A stretch of DNA of 63,325 nucleotides, filler included, from Octopus bimaculoides (Eukaryota): the NCBI RefSeq assembly GCF_001194135.2. It is 7 parts of 7 records of this genome, joined end to end, with 100 filler letters (N's around TTAATTAATTAA, not from the genome) between each part and the next. Parts side by side here need not be neighbours in the genome. Positions count along the whole stretch, not along the records: positions 26,155 to 39,313 come from NC_068987.1; positions 39,414 to 54,773 come from NC_068984.1; 5 more parts are not named here. One strand, given 5' to 3'. The notes below the pieces were generated by a model. The model did no database searches. It was not told the origin of the DNA and saw only the letters and a list, made by a program, of their open reading frames with translations. Shown here piece by piece: positions 37,407 to 51,035 of this stretch. How positions within the stretch are numbered: the first letter of the stretch is position 1; the number at the start of each line of letters is the position of its first letter. The translations under genes were made by a program, and so were the position numbers.

Positions 37407-37455
<49 letters not shown>

Positions 37456-38190
37456 NNNNNNNNNNNNNNNNNNNNNNNNNNNNNNNNNNNNNNNNNNNNN
37501 NNNNNNNNNNNNNNNNNNNNNNNNNNNNNNNNNNNNNNNNNNNNNNNNNNNNNNNNNNNNNNNNNNNNNNNNNNNNNNNNNNNNNNNNNNNNNNNNNNNN
37601 NNNNNNNNNNNNNNNNNNNNNNNNNNNNNNNNNNNNNNNNNNNNNNNNNNNNNNNNNNNNNNNNNNNNNNNNNNNNNNNNNNNNNNNNNNNNNNNNNNNN
37701 NNNNNNNNNNNNNNNNNNNNNNNNNNNNNNNNNNNNNNNNNNNNNNNNNNNNNNNNNNNNNNNNNNNNNNNNNNNNNNNNNNNNNNNNNNNNNNNNNNNN
37801 NNNNNNNNNNNNNNNNNNNNNNNNNNNNNNNNNNNNNNNNNNNNNNNNNNNNNNNNNNNNNNNNNNNNNNNNNNNNNNNNNNNNNNNNNNNNNNNNNNNN
37901 NNNNNNNNNNNNNNNNNNNNNNNNNNNNNNNNNNNNNNNNNNNNNNNNNNNNNNNNNNNNNNNNNNNNNNNNNNNNNNNNNNNNNNNNNNNNNNNNNNNN
38001 NNNNNNNNNNNNNNNNNNNNNNNNNNNNNNNNNNNNNNNNNNNNNNNNNNNNNNNNNNNNNNNNNNNNNNNNNNNNNNNNNNNNNNNNNNNNNNNNNNNN
38101 NNNNNNNNNNNNNNNNNNNNNNNNNNNNNNNNNNNNNNNNNNNNNNNNNNNNNNNNNNNNNNNNNNNNNNNNNNNNNNNNNNNNNNNNNN

Positions 38191-38248
<58 letters not shown>

Positions 38249-38254
38249 GTATAA

Positions 38255-38420
38255 TGGACTCTCTCGTCAAAGACGACACGCATCAGTTGTCGAAGTGATC
38301 GTAGAGCAACGTGAGGTAAAGTGTTTTGCTCAAGAACATAATGCACCACCCGGTTTAAGAATTGAAATCACGATCACTGATCTTGAATGCAATATCCTAA
38401 CTACTAACCAATGCTCCCTC
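38255..38420 (-). mobile_element. SINE family C, 5' fragment
   Basis: GTGTTTTGCTCAAGAACA...GAATTGAAATCACGATC...CTAACTACTAACCAATGC (antisense head). Confidence 0.6.
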
Positions 38421-38455
<35 letters not shown>

Positions 38456-39134
38456 CGTGTGTGTGTGTGTGTGTATGTATGCCTATCTATCTATATACAC
38501 ACAGACACAGGCACCCACACACACATACATATATGTATACGTGCAAATGGACGCACACGCACACATGTATTTACATATATATATATATATATGCATACAT
38601 ATATAGATATTTTTTGCGTAAACGATTAGTAAGAGCTTTTAGTAAAGTTAAAAAGAGAAAATCCGGTTCAGAGCAATAATATAATGGAATGTTAAATTTC
38701 TACTGTAGGTATACCTACAATTTTTAAATTATATGTCTTGTTGCGAAATACAAACAAACGTAAACACAATTTTGTATCACCCTGTAGGCTGTGTTTATAC
38801 TTGTTTACATTTCACAACGAGGCATTCACTTTAAAAATTGTAGTTATATCTACGCAAAAAATTTGAGACTTAATTCGAATTGCGTTGTATATAATTAATC
38901 ACATAATAATACGTATGTGCAGCCGTGTGGATACTCAATTATATGCCTCTTATATGAAGTGATATCTCGTTTAATGCGAAAATGAAATCACACTACTTAT
39001 TAAAATGAGAATATTTTCAGGCCTAGTAGTTTGGCAATTGGGTTCTCGATAATAAGGGCGTTGGTTCGATAACTGTTCAAGGATGCGAACTAAGCATTTG
39101 GGAAAGGTACTCTACTACACGTTGTTCCAGTCTA

Positions 39135-39276
39135 CTAAGCTTCCTTACCAACCACATGGTTCCGAATTTTGCCCCACCACAAGGTGTCTCGGGCAACTGT
39201 ATTCTACTATAGCCGCTGGCTGATCAAAGCTTTGTGAGTGGATTTGGTAGACGGAAATCGAAAGAAAACCGTCGTG

Positions 39277-39313
<37 letters not shown>

Positions 39314-39498
39314 NNNNNNNNNNNNNNNNNNNNNNNNNNNNNNNNNNNNNNNNNNNNTTAATTAATTAANNNNNNNNNNNNNNNNNNNNNNNNNNNNNNN
39401 NNNNNNNNNNNNNGTCCTGGGGGTCGATTTCTTCGACTAAAACCCTTTAAGGTGGTGCTCCAGCATGGCCGCAGTCAAATGACTGAAACAAGTAAAAG

Positions 39499-39499
<1 letters not shown>
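39135..39499 (+). mobile_element. SINE family A pieces either side of a scaffold join
   Basis: Head and body 39135-39280, tail 39414-39499. The pieces may come from different copies. Confidence 0.65.
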
Positions 39500-39554
<55 letters not shown>

Positions 39555-39939
39555 GTTTACTGTAGTGATGGCAACTATTACACGGGAGATAATCATCTTC
39601 TACTAACCCAAGGCGGGATTTGGAATTTGAATTTGAAATTAAGAAGTTACGAGTAAACAGATAGATAGAACTCACATATTTACCTACATATTTTACTTAT
39701 ATTGCTCCTCTTTTCTTTTTTCTTTTTTTTACTCATGGTCATACACGTATAATATGCAAATAAGGAGACCATATTTATTGTTTTACTTTATTATAAATAA
39801 TATCCACGGCACTTACTGTGATTAATGTCCCAGGTTTTACCATCATTTCCGCTAAACTTCCACTACCGTGACATTCCAACACTACGTTAGTTAGAAAGCA
39901 TTCAGTAGGTAAGTCCTCATCAGGTGATATATTCCTCCT

Positions 39940-40420
39940 GTTTCTCTTCCTCTTCATCATCATCATCATCATCATCGTTTTCTTCTTCCCTTTCACCTTA
40001 TTCTCCCTTCTCCTCCCCTCTTCTTCTTTCCTTTCTTCTTGTTCTTTTCCTTCTCCTCCTCCTCCTCCTCCTTCTTCTACTACTACTATCACCACTTCCT
40101 CTATCATCATCACCACTACCACCTACACCACCACCACCACCACCACCACCACCACTATTCTTTCTCTTCTTTATCATCATATTCTTCGTTTTCTTATTCC
40201 ACTTCTTCCTCTTAACCTTCTTTCAGCTCTTCTTATTCATCTACTACAACTACTACTACTACCACTTCTACCACCGCCAGCACATCCACCACCACCACTA
40301 CCACTACCACCACCACCAATACCAGCACTACGACCACCACCATCACTATAACTACCATTACTACAACCAACACCACCACCACCACCACCACCACCACCAT
40401 TACTACTACTACTATATCTT
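39940..40420. repeat. Compound trinucleotide microsatellite tract
   Basis: (TCA)n, (TCC)n, (TAC)n and (ACC)n runs. Confidence 0.9.
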
Positions 40421-40718
40421 TTCCATTAGTTTCATGACGAAGATGTGGCCGGGCCAATAGTGTTCGCCACGTTTGCAACATAGGTGAAACTGATGCCATT
40501 AACGTTCCGCTTTAATTGTCGCAAATTGCCGACTGCATGGAAAGGAAAACAAAAGGTGCAATGAAGAAGAATTCAATGAGTCGCCGTTCTGAGGAAGAAG
40601 GTTTTTGCGTGGTAGTCGTGCAGGGTGGAATCAATGAAGTAACGGCGAATACACTATGGGCGCTGAGAGCTCGATAGACGATTGAGCCTAACACACACAC
40701 TCACACACAATCAGATAC

Positions 40719-40755
<37 letters not shown>

Positions 40756-41102
40756 GTTTCCAGTATTATAACTTTCTTGCATAAGAATCTGCATTTATTT
40801 TGTTCAACCGGAACTCAAAGTACGAATGACATTCTGCGATATGTTTGACGAGATACTCCATCTATTTGCACNNNNNNNNNNNNNNNNNNNNNNNNNNNNN
40901 NNNNNNNNNNNNNNNNNNNNNNNNNNNNNNNNNNNNNNNNNNNNNNNNNNNNNNNNNNNNNNNNNNNNNNNNNNNNNNNNNNNNNNNNNNNNNNNNNNNN
41001 NNNNNNNNNNNNNNNNNNNNNNNNNNNNNNNNNNNNNNNNNNNNNNNNNNNNNNNNNNNNNNNNNNNNNNNNNNNNNNNNNNNNNNNNNNNNNNNNNNNN
41101 NN

Positions 41103-41169
<67 letters not shown>

Positions 41170-41231
41170 GCCGCAGCATGGCCACAACTTCAGGGCTGAA
41201 ACGTATAAAAGAATAAAAGAAAATATATACA

Positions 41232-41438
41232 CAAGGAGGTGTTGAAAAGTTCCTGGCTTGAAGGGTCTCATGAAAGGCCTGGTTGGAGACCCAACCATCC
41301 GAGTTCTTTTGTAGAGCTTAGAAAAACTGAACGGCCGCTGCAATAAGTGTGTGAACCTGAGAGAATTTTTTGAAAAGAATCATAATTAACTAATCCTCCT
41401 GTATTACCCAAAGCCAGGAAAATTTCAGCACCCACTCG
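41232..41438. mobile_element. Mariner-derived MITE (207 bp)
   Basis: TIRs CAAGGAGGTGTTGAAAAGTTCCTGGCTT / rc CGAGTGGGTGCTGAAATTTTCCTGGCTT. TA at the right end. No coding capacity. Confidence 0.75.
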
Positions 41439-41667
41439 TATGTATGTTTATATCTATATATACATGAAAACATATATATACATACTATTAAACCTTGGGA
41501 GAGGCATTATGCCTCTCCCAAGGTTTAATAGTATTTCTTTCAACACACGTATTCACATCAAGAATCTTGCACACCAAATACACATACGAAATATATATGC
41601 ATATTCCTGTTTATATGAATATGAAATATGAATATGTATGAACAAATAAGTATACATATACATTTAC

Positions 41668-41708
<41 letters not shown>

Positions 41709-41769
41709 TGTAAGTATGTATGTATGTATGTTTGTATGTGCATGCATTTGTGAATACATATATAGCTAC

Positions 41770-41818
<49 letters not shown>

Positions 41819-41840
41819 TGGACGGACGGACGGACGGAAG

Positions 41841-41908
<68 letters not shown>

Positions 41909-41911
41909 GAT

Positions 41912-41942
<31 letters not shown>

Positions 41943-42370
41943 TAAAGATATGTATTTATTATGTATGTAAGATGAACAGCTTTTCATTGAAAGCACGTCT
42001 ATGTTCTAGATTTAACTTTTATCAAATTTTTATCATATTTTCAAATTGTTTTCTTGCAGTTTATTTGGAACAGTGATGTTTCCAAACAAACAGCATGGAA
42101 ACCATACGAAAACATAATGAAATCTTCATATATAAAATATCAAAAAAATGAGTTTAANNNNNNNNNNNNNNNNNNNNNNNNNNNNNNNNNNNNNNNNNNN
42201 NNNNNNNNNNNNNNNNNNNNNNNNNNNNNNNNNNNNNNNNNNNNNNNNNNNNNNNNNNNNNNNNNNNNNNNNNNNNNNNNNNNNNNNNNNNNNNNNNNNN
42301 NNNNNNNNNNNNNNNNNNNNNNNNGCATATGTGCGTGTGCGTGTGCGTCTACGTGTGTGTGTGTGCATGT

Positions 42371-42435
<65 letters not shown>

Positions 42436-43605
42436 CCTAGCTGCCTAAATCCATTGACATATATAAACAATGAATCTAATCTAGTTATTGAATGTATGTG
42501 CCAGACTGTAGATTATATTCTGTCTACTAATTCCTAAGAGAACCCAGTACCAAAATATAAAAGTCTTGGACAAATGCCAAAAGAAGGAGAGTACATTCGT
42601 AGAACTGACCTACAATTTGGGGATCAAATCTGTTGACCCACAAAACAATCATAGACGTGATTCATCTTAAGCTTATATTTCTATGAGTCTTTACAGAATG
42701 AAATTTGGTAACAAAAACAAAGAAAGGTACATTTATCAGTAGAATTATCCAGCTATATATGTGTATGTACCTTTGTGTGTGTGTGTGTGTGTGTGTGTGT
42801 ATGCATGTGTGTTTCTGTTTGTTTGTGTGTATATATATGTGTGTGTGTAGGTGTGTGCATGTGTGTGTATGTATGGGTGTGTGTTATTGCGTTATAAATA
42901 CACACATATTCTTACATACGTACTTATGTACAAACATAAACACATACACATTGATATGTGTGTGTGTATGAACTTATACATGGGTATGCGTGTGTGTGTG
43001 CATGTGTGTGTGTTTGTGTGTGTGTAGCTTAAATGGCGAGAAAATATCTCAAAGGCTAAAATCATCAAAATAAAAAAATATTACTATGCGCATGTACACA
43101 CGCACACATACGCGCACACACACAGGCACGCTTAAGCACTCATACACGCACACACGCGCATTCACACACACACACACGCATGCGCACACACCTCACGCAT
43201 GCACACACATACACGTGCACACACATGCATTCACAAGTACACACACACGTAAGCACACGCACATTTAAATATATATTGAATTATTACAAAGACTCACTGT
43301 GCATTAAATAAGAATATAAGCACATTCTTCCAACGGTCTCACCTTATTTAACCCACAGCGAAATATATTTCGCCTCTTTTGATTTTGATTTACTCTGTGT
43401 GTGTGTGTGCGCGCGTGTGCTCGTGCGCGTGTGAGTATGTTTATTATATCGAGTGTTGACACCCCGAGACCGGATTGTTCACGACTGTCATAGACATCCC
43501 AATCCTGGGTAAAACTCTGAACAGACTGACGCCTCTTGATATAATAATCAAATCTATATTCATTCTGCTCGGTGCATTGAGCTCTATATTAGATAATGGT
43601 TACAT

Positions 43606-44017
43606 GGATGCAGTCGTGGCTGTGTGGTAAGAAGTTTCCTTTCTAGCCACATGGTTCCAGGTTCACTCCCACTGCGTGGCAACTTGGGCGTCAGGCCGAC
43701 CAAAGCCTTGTGAGTAGATTTCTTGGACGGAAACTGAAAGAAGCTCGTCGTATATACATGTGTGTGTGTGTGTGTGTGCATGTGCATATGTGTGTGTCTT
43801 TGAGTCTATGTTTTTCCCCAATCACCATTTGACAACTGGCGTTTGTGTGTTTACGTTCCGGTAGCGTAGCGGTTCAGCAAAAGAAATCGATAGAATAAAT
43901 ACCAGGCTTAAACAGATAATAAATACCGGGGTCGATTCCTTTGAATAAAAAAATATCCAAGGCGGTGCCCCAGCATGACCGCAGTCCAGTGACCGAAACA
44001 AGTAAAAGATAAAAGAT
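43606..44017 (+). mobile_element. SINE family A, full length
   Basis: Head, internal (TG)n, body and (AAAAGAT)n tail. Confidence 0.88.
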
Positions 44018-44034
44018 CAAATGTTTTTAATATA

Positions 44035-45279
44035 TTAGGTTGTTTCACATGAAATATATTTCAAAGGTAACAATAAAATGTTTCACAAGTGTTTGAGAAG
44101 TGATTTATTTAATCAAAGAATGATCCATGTTCATTTATGACGTTTACCCAACGTTTTTGTCTATGTCATATATTCCATCTTCAAAAAAAAATCATCTTTT
44201 GCTGTGATAAACTGTCCGAATGTTTCAATTAGCTCTTCCCTATTTAAAAATGTTCTATTGCTTAAGCTCAAAATGCTTAAATCGGTAGGAGAGATATCAG
44301 GGGAATAGGGAGGATGTTGCAAAATCTCATAATTCAGGCTTTGCAATTTTTGGACCGTAGCTTGAGGAGTGTGAGGACGTGCATTGTCGTGGAACAAAAT
44401 TGGGCCATCTCTATTCACTAGTCTTGGTTGCTTCTTTTTCAAATTCTCATGCATATAATCAATTTCCTGGCAATACGATGTTGCTGTTACCGTTTTTCCT
44501 TGTTGCAAAAATGAATAATGGATAACTCCCTTCACAGACCACCATACAGTAACCACTAACTTTTTAGGGTGCAATGTAGGGTTTGGTTAGTGTTTAGGTG
44601 ACTCTCCTGCATCTAATCACTGTCCTGTTCTACTGTTGTCAAAGAGTATCCATTTTTCATCACAAGTAATGGTTTGATGCAAAAATGGTCTTTTTCCAGT
44701 CGAGAAAACAATAAGGAGCACACTTCGAGGCGTCTGTATTTTTTTAAATCTCGTTCAGTTGATGTGGAACAAACCTATCTGTTTTCTTGACTTTTTCAAT
44801 TTTTTACAGGTGTCCAAAAACAGTTGTGCGAGATGTTTGAAGTTCTGATAAAAGTTTTCAAACCTTTGTTCTCAGATTTTGTTCAACCAAAGCATTTAAT
44901 CCATCATGCCGAATAACTGATATTGGCCTAGCCCATGGTTTATTTTCAAGGCTATCATCTCCTGAACGAGAGCTTTAGAATCATCTCTGAACAGTTCTGA
45001 TGTCAACAAAACCATTACCAAAGTCCCACATGATATTCCATAGAACTTCTGCAGCAGAGTGACCCTGTTTGTACTCATACAAGAAAATCACTCAACATAG
45101 TTTGGTTGTTATCATTTTCATAAGGTCTGTGGGTACGAATTTTGTGTACCAATATTGTTGGGAAAGAAAAAGAGTCAAGATTAAATGCAAGGTACATAAT
45201 TGAGTTTTCAAATGACTGAAATAATTAAAAATGTAATTAAAGTAATTGAAAATGCGACATTTTATGTGAAACAACATAA
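44035..45279 (-). mobile_element. Full-length (1245 bp) decayed mariner, Hsmar1/cecropia-like
   Basis: TA-flanked TIRs TTA(G/T)GTTGTTTCACAT(G/A)AAAT. Motifs IFLYEYKQGHSAAE, FVPHQL, HPKKLVVTVWWS, LFHDNARPH and PYSPDISPTD. Confidence 0.9.
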
Positions 45280-45907
45280 TATTTTATATGCTTTTTGTAA
45301 CATAAGAGGTGCAAAATATACATGCACACACAGATACATACATGCATACATACATACATACATACATACATACATACATACATACATACATACGTGATGA
45401 TTACTTCATCTTCACAGAGGATTACCGTTTCTACGTACTTCCTTGTTATCAATGGATATGCCTGACATTCCATCCATGACCTCTCGGATGACTATTTAGT
45501 CTCGTTGCAAATATGCATGATTTGAAGCACACATTTCAAATGAAAATTGTAGCTTATTGTGCGCTTCTAACTGGTTGGGTCTGCACACGTTGTCATACTT
45601 CTATCGCCATAGTACATTCAGTAGAAGGAATGGTAAATGAGGTTAACATAAAGAGACGTCTATATGTCATAGGAACACGAGTAGCAGTCTCTGAGTTTCC
45701 GTTATTAGTGGCCTTTGACAGGTCGAAGCGAGTTGAGTAATCACGTGAAACCGCAGGTTTTTACATAGGCGCGCCCCTCTCCTAGAAGGATATTGTGGCA
45801 ACAGCTCGGGGTGTCTGACTCCTAGTGGTTTTACTGCGTGCTCTAACGCCAATTAAGAGTGTTTCTACGTTCACGCGCTAACATACATACATACATACAT
45901 ACATACA

Positions 45908-45939
<32 letters not shown>

Positions 45940-45942
45940 CAC

Positions 45943-46840
45943 ATGATGGCTGTCAGCTCGTAAGACGAGCATCACGATCACAGACAGGTTTACTTAAAAC
46001 TGATTATTCCTACGAACGTGCGATCGGCTGTGACTCAGGAACCTGGCGAGTGACTTACAGAGTTTGCCACAACCTGACGATTAAGCCTCTCAGGTGGAGG
46101 CTCATTATGGATTTTCAAATATCTCTTGAATCCGAAGCAGCTTTCAAACCTTGCTGCATACATCACAGGTAAGTAGGGGTCTATAACAACGGATTGAGCA
46201 TAATCAGTTGGCGGATTCTTTATGTAACTCATGGGATGGCATTGGAGTCCTGCGTCTGACAAGCATATTCGGTCACACTCATGGAAAATAAATTAAGAAA
46301 CAGATAATTTCCTTCCTCTCCCCTTGCAGAGAACTCTTCTGTCTTTTTGCATGGAATGAGCGACATCCTTCGTGTATTTGTTTTCTCCGCCTGTTTCTGT
46401 CGCCAGCCTGTACTTCCTAGTTGTGAAGGTAGAGATCAAATTGCAACAGCAAGTCTCTGACACAGTCCTTGAAACGCGTCTTAAGTTTCTACTGAGGCTT
46501 TTCCCCTTCAGCCATCTCTCTGTAAAGCATCTGCTTAGGGGTACCACTACCGTCCAGCCGTAACAGATGTTCCACCCAGAGAAGGCGGGGCTTGTGTATA
46601 TGAGCTTCTCTGCTGGGTGCATCAGCTCATTCCAGTATCTCTATGTCTGAGACATGTGAGATCCAGAGAATGCCCAAGATTAATGTCAGGCAGCGCAATT
46701 GAAAGCGATCCGGTAGATTTAAATGTTTCCTGTAAACCACTCAGGTCTCGCAAGAGTAAAGTAGGCTTGTAAGAACACTGATTTTATAGACATCCATGCT
46801 TGTTTTCTTTTTTCAGACCTTTCTGGGACCATTGGCTGTC
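45943..46840 (-). mobile_element. RTE-clade LINE, 5'-truncated 3' end
   Basis: VYKISVLTSLLYSCET*, RFQLRCL..ILGI.W, LLWVEHLLRL...PKQMLY and RFKDCVR, then C2H2-like motifs. The 3' end ...ACGAGCTGACAGCCATCAT runs into a (TGTA)n tail. Confidence 0.85.
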
Positions 46841-47150
46841 AGCAAAAACCGTGCTGAAATTTGAAGTCAATAACAGCTTGCACAACACCGCTAATAATCT
46901 CGCCTACAAAGTTAAATAGTCCAGAAACAAGCAACGGCAAAACATCCAGCTTTGCAATGAAAAGGATGTTGTTTCGGAACTTCCCTTTCCTAGAGAGATG
47001 TTTAAACAAAGACTAGGAGCTTCACACTCCCCACTGTTCAATGGCCGTTGACGCTATTGAGTTCATTCGTCCTTTCACAAGTTTTGTATTTCATTCTGTA
47101 GGGTGTCCAACGAAAACTATCTTCTTTACCAAGAAGGCTTCGTGGGCTTC

Positions 47151-47202
<52 letters not shown>

Positions 47203-48386
47203 TATTAACGATAGGAACAGTATAGATACCCAAGGGTAATCTTTGCATCCAACATAACGTGGATGTTTGAATGTTCTGTTAGAACGCCGAATACTCCGGT
47301 ATTCGCCGTGAAAACTCCTCTCATAGATGCATCGAGCATAAAAGCATACCTATTTATATCGTTGGCAGATGAGAATCCTCTGCTTTGGGCACTGGAACTG
47401 CCAGATCAAGTGATTTCGACGCACTGCGTCTCGTCACTGACAGCTGTCCTCCGGGTGGGTGGGTGAACAAATGAAAGAAAATCCTTAATAAAAAATTTGA
47501 CTCAACTCTGCACTATTAAATTTTTCGTTAGCGTACGACATTTTCGCCTTGTCAGATGTTCTTCTATACATCAAAAATGAGTGGATGGTCATGGGTGGAA
47601 TGACCTTTACCATAAGTCCGCTAAATCAGAGCTGACCTGGCACTAAACGATAACAACGGTATCACTACAATACAACCATCATTTTAACTACAACTACATT
47701 ACACCCACCGCCATCACCTTTAACACACACTTATCATAATTAACTTCATCCTCATTCTTAACATCATCATCATCGTCAACAGCATCATCATTATCATCAC
47801 CACCACCACTACCATTATCATCATCATCATCATCGTCACTAACACACACCTATCATGATCATGATCGTCGTCGTCATCAACCTCATCATCTTCGTCGTCG
47901 TCGCTGTCATCATCGTGGTAACTGCTATCACCACTGTCAGCACCGTCGTCAATGACATCATCGTCGTCATCACCGAACCACTACCATTATCAGCAGCAGC
48001 TGTATCATCTTGCCCGCCGGTCTACCATTAATCACCTCACTCCCCCGCCCGTGACGCTAGAGCAATTTAGTGAGACAATGAACAAGAGAACGGTTATCTT
48101 GGCGAAGGAGACGGTGGTGCCGATATTGCTGTCCTCAAGGAATGTCGCAAAATTTGCAGGAATCGGGGCACAAGATGATTGATGTATAACCGGTGCACCT
48201 GCATCTAATGGGAAGACCTAATTAATTATCTATATACGCATAAATATATAAACATAAATACTCACCTATATATATATATACATACATACATATATTTGTG
48301 TGTGTATATATATACATATATATATATATACATAATATATATATGTATATACAAATGTACATATATATATATATATATATAAACGT

Positions 48387-48422
<36 letters not shown>

Positions 48423-48597
48423 GTATGTCTATAAATACAAATATATATACACATACGTATGTATATGTATGTATGTGTGTGTGTATACATATGTACATTC
48501 AGACATACATAATACATATTCATATGCGTGTGTGCGCGAGTTAGTGTAGATATGTAAATATTTTACATAAATCTTGATCTGTAATCACTTGTTTATG

Positions 48598-48649
<52 letters not shown>

Positions 48650-49412
48650 NNNNNNNNNNNNNNNNNNNNNNNNNNNNNNNNNNNNNNNNNNNNNNNNNNN
48701 NNNNNNNNNNNNNNNNNNNNNNNNNNNNNNNNNNNNNNNNNNNNNNNNNNNNNNNNNNNNNNNNNNNNNNNNNNNNNNNNNNNNNNNNNNNNNNNNNNNN
48801 NNNNNNNNNNNNNNNNNNNNNNNNNNNNNNNNNNNNNNNNNNNNNNNNNNNNNNNNNNNNNNNNNNNNNNNNNNNNNNNNNNNNNNNNNNNNNNNNNNNN
48901 NNNNNNNNNNNNNNNNNNNNNNNNNNNNNNNNNNNNNNNNNNNNNNNNNNNNNNNNNNNNNNNNNNNNNNNNNNNNNNNNNNNNNNNNNNNNNNNNNNNN
49001 NNNNNNNNNNNNNNNNNNNNNNNNNNNNNNNNNNNNNNNNNNNNNNNNNNNNNNNNNNNNNNNNNNNNNNNNNNNNNNNNNNNNNNNNNNNNNNNNNNNN
49101 NNNNNNNNNNNNNNNNNNNNNNNNNNNNNNNNNNNNNNNNNNNNNNNNNNNNNNNNNNNNNNNNNNNNNNNNNNNNNNNNNNNNNNNNNNNNNNNNNNNN
49201 NNNNNNNNNNNNNNNNNNNNNNNNNNNNNNNNNNNNNNNNNNNNNNNNNNNNNNNNNNNNNNNNNNNNNNNNNNNNNNNNNNNNNNNNNNNNNNNNNNNN
49301 NNNNNNNNNNNNNNNNNNNNNNNNNNNNNNNNNNNNNNNNNNNNNNNNNNNNNNNNNNNNNNNNNNNNNNNNNNNNNNNNNNNNNNNNNNNNNNNNNNNN
49401 NNNNNNNNNNNN

Positions 49413-49462
<50 letters not shown>

Positions 49463-49478
49463 GTGTGTTGTATATATA

Positions 49479-50351
49479 CAGGGTGCGATGCATAAATTGT
49501 TGCCATTTGACATTTTTAATTCCGTGCATGCGCATTGCTTGTTTTTTATTTTGTCGACTATACAATATTGTAGGATCAGCTGGCCACCATCTGTGAGAAA
49601 ACCAACACCATGTCGCAATTCACTCTGCCAGAAATTTGCAAACGACATGCTGTACTGCTTGGCATTCGCGCCGGAAGCTCCAATACGAACATTTCAGAGG
49701 GTTTGGGTGTCAATCTGAGGATAGTGCAATCTGAATGATAAAAATCAAACATCCAGTCGACATCATGGTGTTTGGAGTGATCACTAGTAATGGTGACGTT
49801 ATGCCCTCCATTCATCTTTCTACACGGCCTCAGACTCAGCACGGATGCCTACAACAAGTGCCCGGGGGAAGCAGTGCTGCCTTGGATCGAGAGGGTGGCT
49901 GCTGGAAGTCCCTATGTCTGGCAACAGGACTCTACCTCATTCCACGCAAGCAAGAGAACCCAGTCATGGATGTCAGACAATTTCTGCGACCACATCACCC
50001 CTAACATTTGGGCACCTAATTCCCCGGACTGCAAACTCCTTGATTATTATGTGTGGGGCGGAGTTGAGCGAGAGATCAACAAAACTCCTTGTAACACCAA
50101 AGATTAACCGAAAGCAAGGATTATCGCAGCATTGACCAACTTAACAAGGAGACCATCCAGAAGAGTTGCAGGAGATTCCGAAGTCGTCTGGAGGCTGTGG
50201 TTGAAACCAATGGCAATTTTATTGAATAAATTTACTTTTGAGTATTTAAAGGTATTTTTATGTAATTCTGGTAAATATATGTTAAAATGAGATGTCAGTG
50301 CTATTTTCCTTTTATGCGTACTTTAGACGACAATATATTCACTGCAGCCTG
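49479..50351 (+). mobile_element. DD37D (maT/mori-type) transposon, internally deleted (873 bp)
   Basis: TA-flanked ends CAGGGTGCGATGCATAAATTGT / rc CAGGCTGCAGTGAATATATTGT. Motifs IMVFGVITSNG and VWQQDS...NSPDCKLLDY, with 37 residues between the second and third Asp. Confidence 0.88.
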
Positions 50352-50561
50352 TATATGTATATACATTTTTTTCAAGGCGGTGCCTCAGCATGGCCACTTT
50401 CTGATGATGAAAACATGTCAAAGATAGAGGATAAATTCATTGAAATTTCACACTGAGCTGGAGGAAACATACAAGAACTTACAGATAACCTGAGACCATT
50501 CACAATGAAAGGGAAGAGAATTTCAAAATATCAATAATTTATTTCTGAAGTTAATTTACAT

Positions 50562-50772
50562 GTATCGGCTTCAAATTTTGGCACAAGGCCATCAATTTCG
50601 GGGGAGGGGGTTAGTTGATTACATTGAATCTAGTGTTAAACTAGTACTTATTTTATCGACCCCGAAGGGATGAAAGGAAAATTCGGCCCCTACGGCATTT
50701 GAACTAAGAACGTAAATGCCTATAAGCATTTTGTCCGGCGCGAGAACGACTCTGTCAACTCACCGCCTTCCC
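50562..50772 (-). mobile_element. SINE family D, copy 1 of a tandem pair
   Basis: Antisense body and head, flanked by AAGTTAATTTACAT at 50548-50561 and 50773-50786. Confidence 0.8.
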
Positions 50773-50786
50773 AAGTTAATTTACAT

Positions 50787-50987
50787 AATTTGCTTTCAAA
50801 TTTTGGCCCAAGACAAGGATTTTCGGGGTGGGGTAAATACATCAACCTCAGTGCTTAACTGGTACCTATTTTATCAACTCCCGAAAAAATGAAAGGCAAA
50901 GTCGGCCCTTAGAACGTGGGAACGGATGAAATGCTGCTAAGCAGTTTGCCAGCCATGCTAACGAATCTGTAAGCTTGCCGTCTTTAC
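50787..50987 (-). mobile_element. SINE family D, copy 2 of a tandem pair
   Basis: Antisense body and head, flanked by AAGTTAATTTACAT at 50773-50786 and 50988-51001. Confidence 0.8.
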
Positions 50988-51035
50988 AAGTTAATTTACA
51001 TATATCACAGTCTTATCTTTGCTGACTACCTAGGA

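Noticed and set aside
37328-37407. Five 16-bp CTTTCTCTCTCTTAAC repeats, considered as a CRISPR-like or telomere-like array
   Set aside because: There are no spacers and the unit is not TTAGGG. It is a minisatellite derived from the surrounding (CT)n tract.
47952-48230. Short open frames on both strands in GC-richer unique sequence
   Set aside because: No recognisable domain, and they are adjacent to (TCA/TCG)n repeats that inflate ORF length.
48541-49718. Several 300-370 aa ORFs (and similar X-filled ORFs at 24767, 37371, 52964, 55549)
   Set aside because: They consist of N gaps plus dinucleotide repeats (HTHT, VCVC, YIYI) and carry no coding signal.
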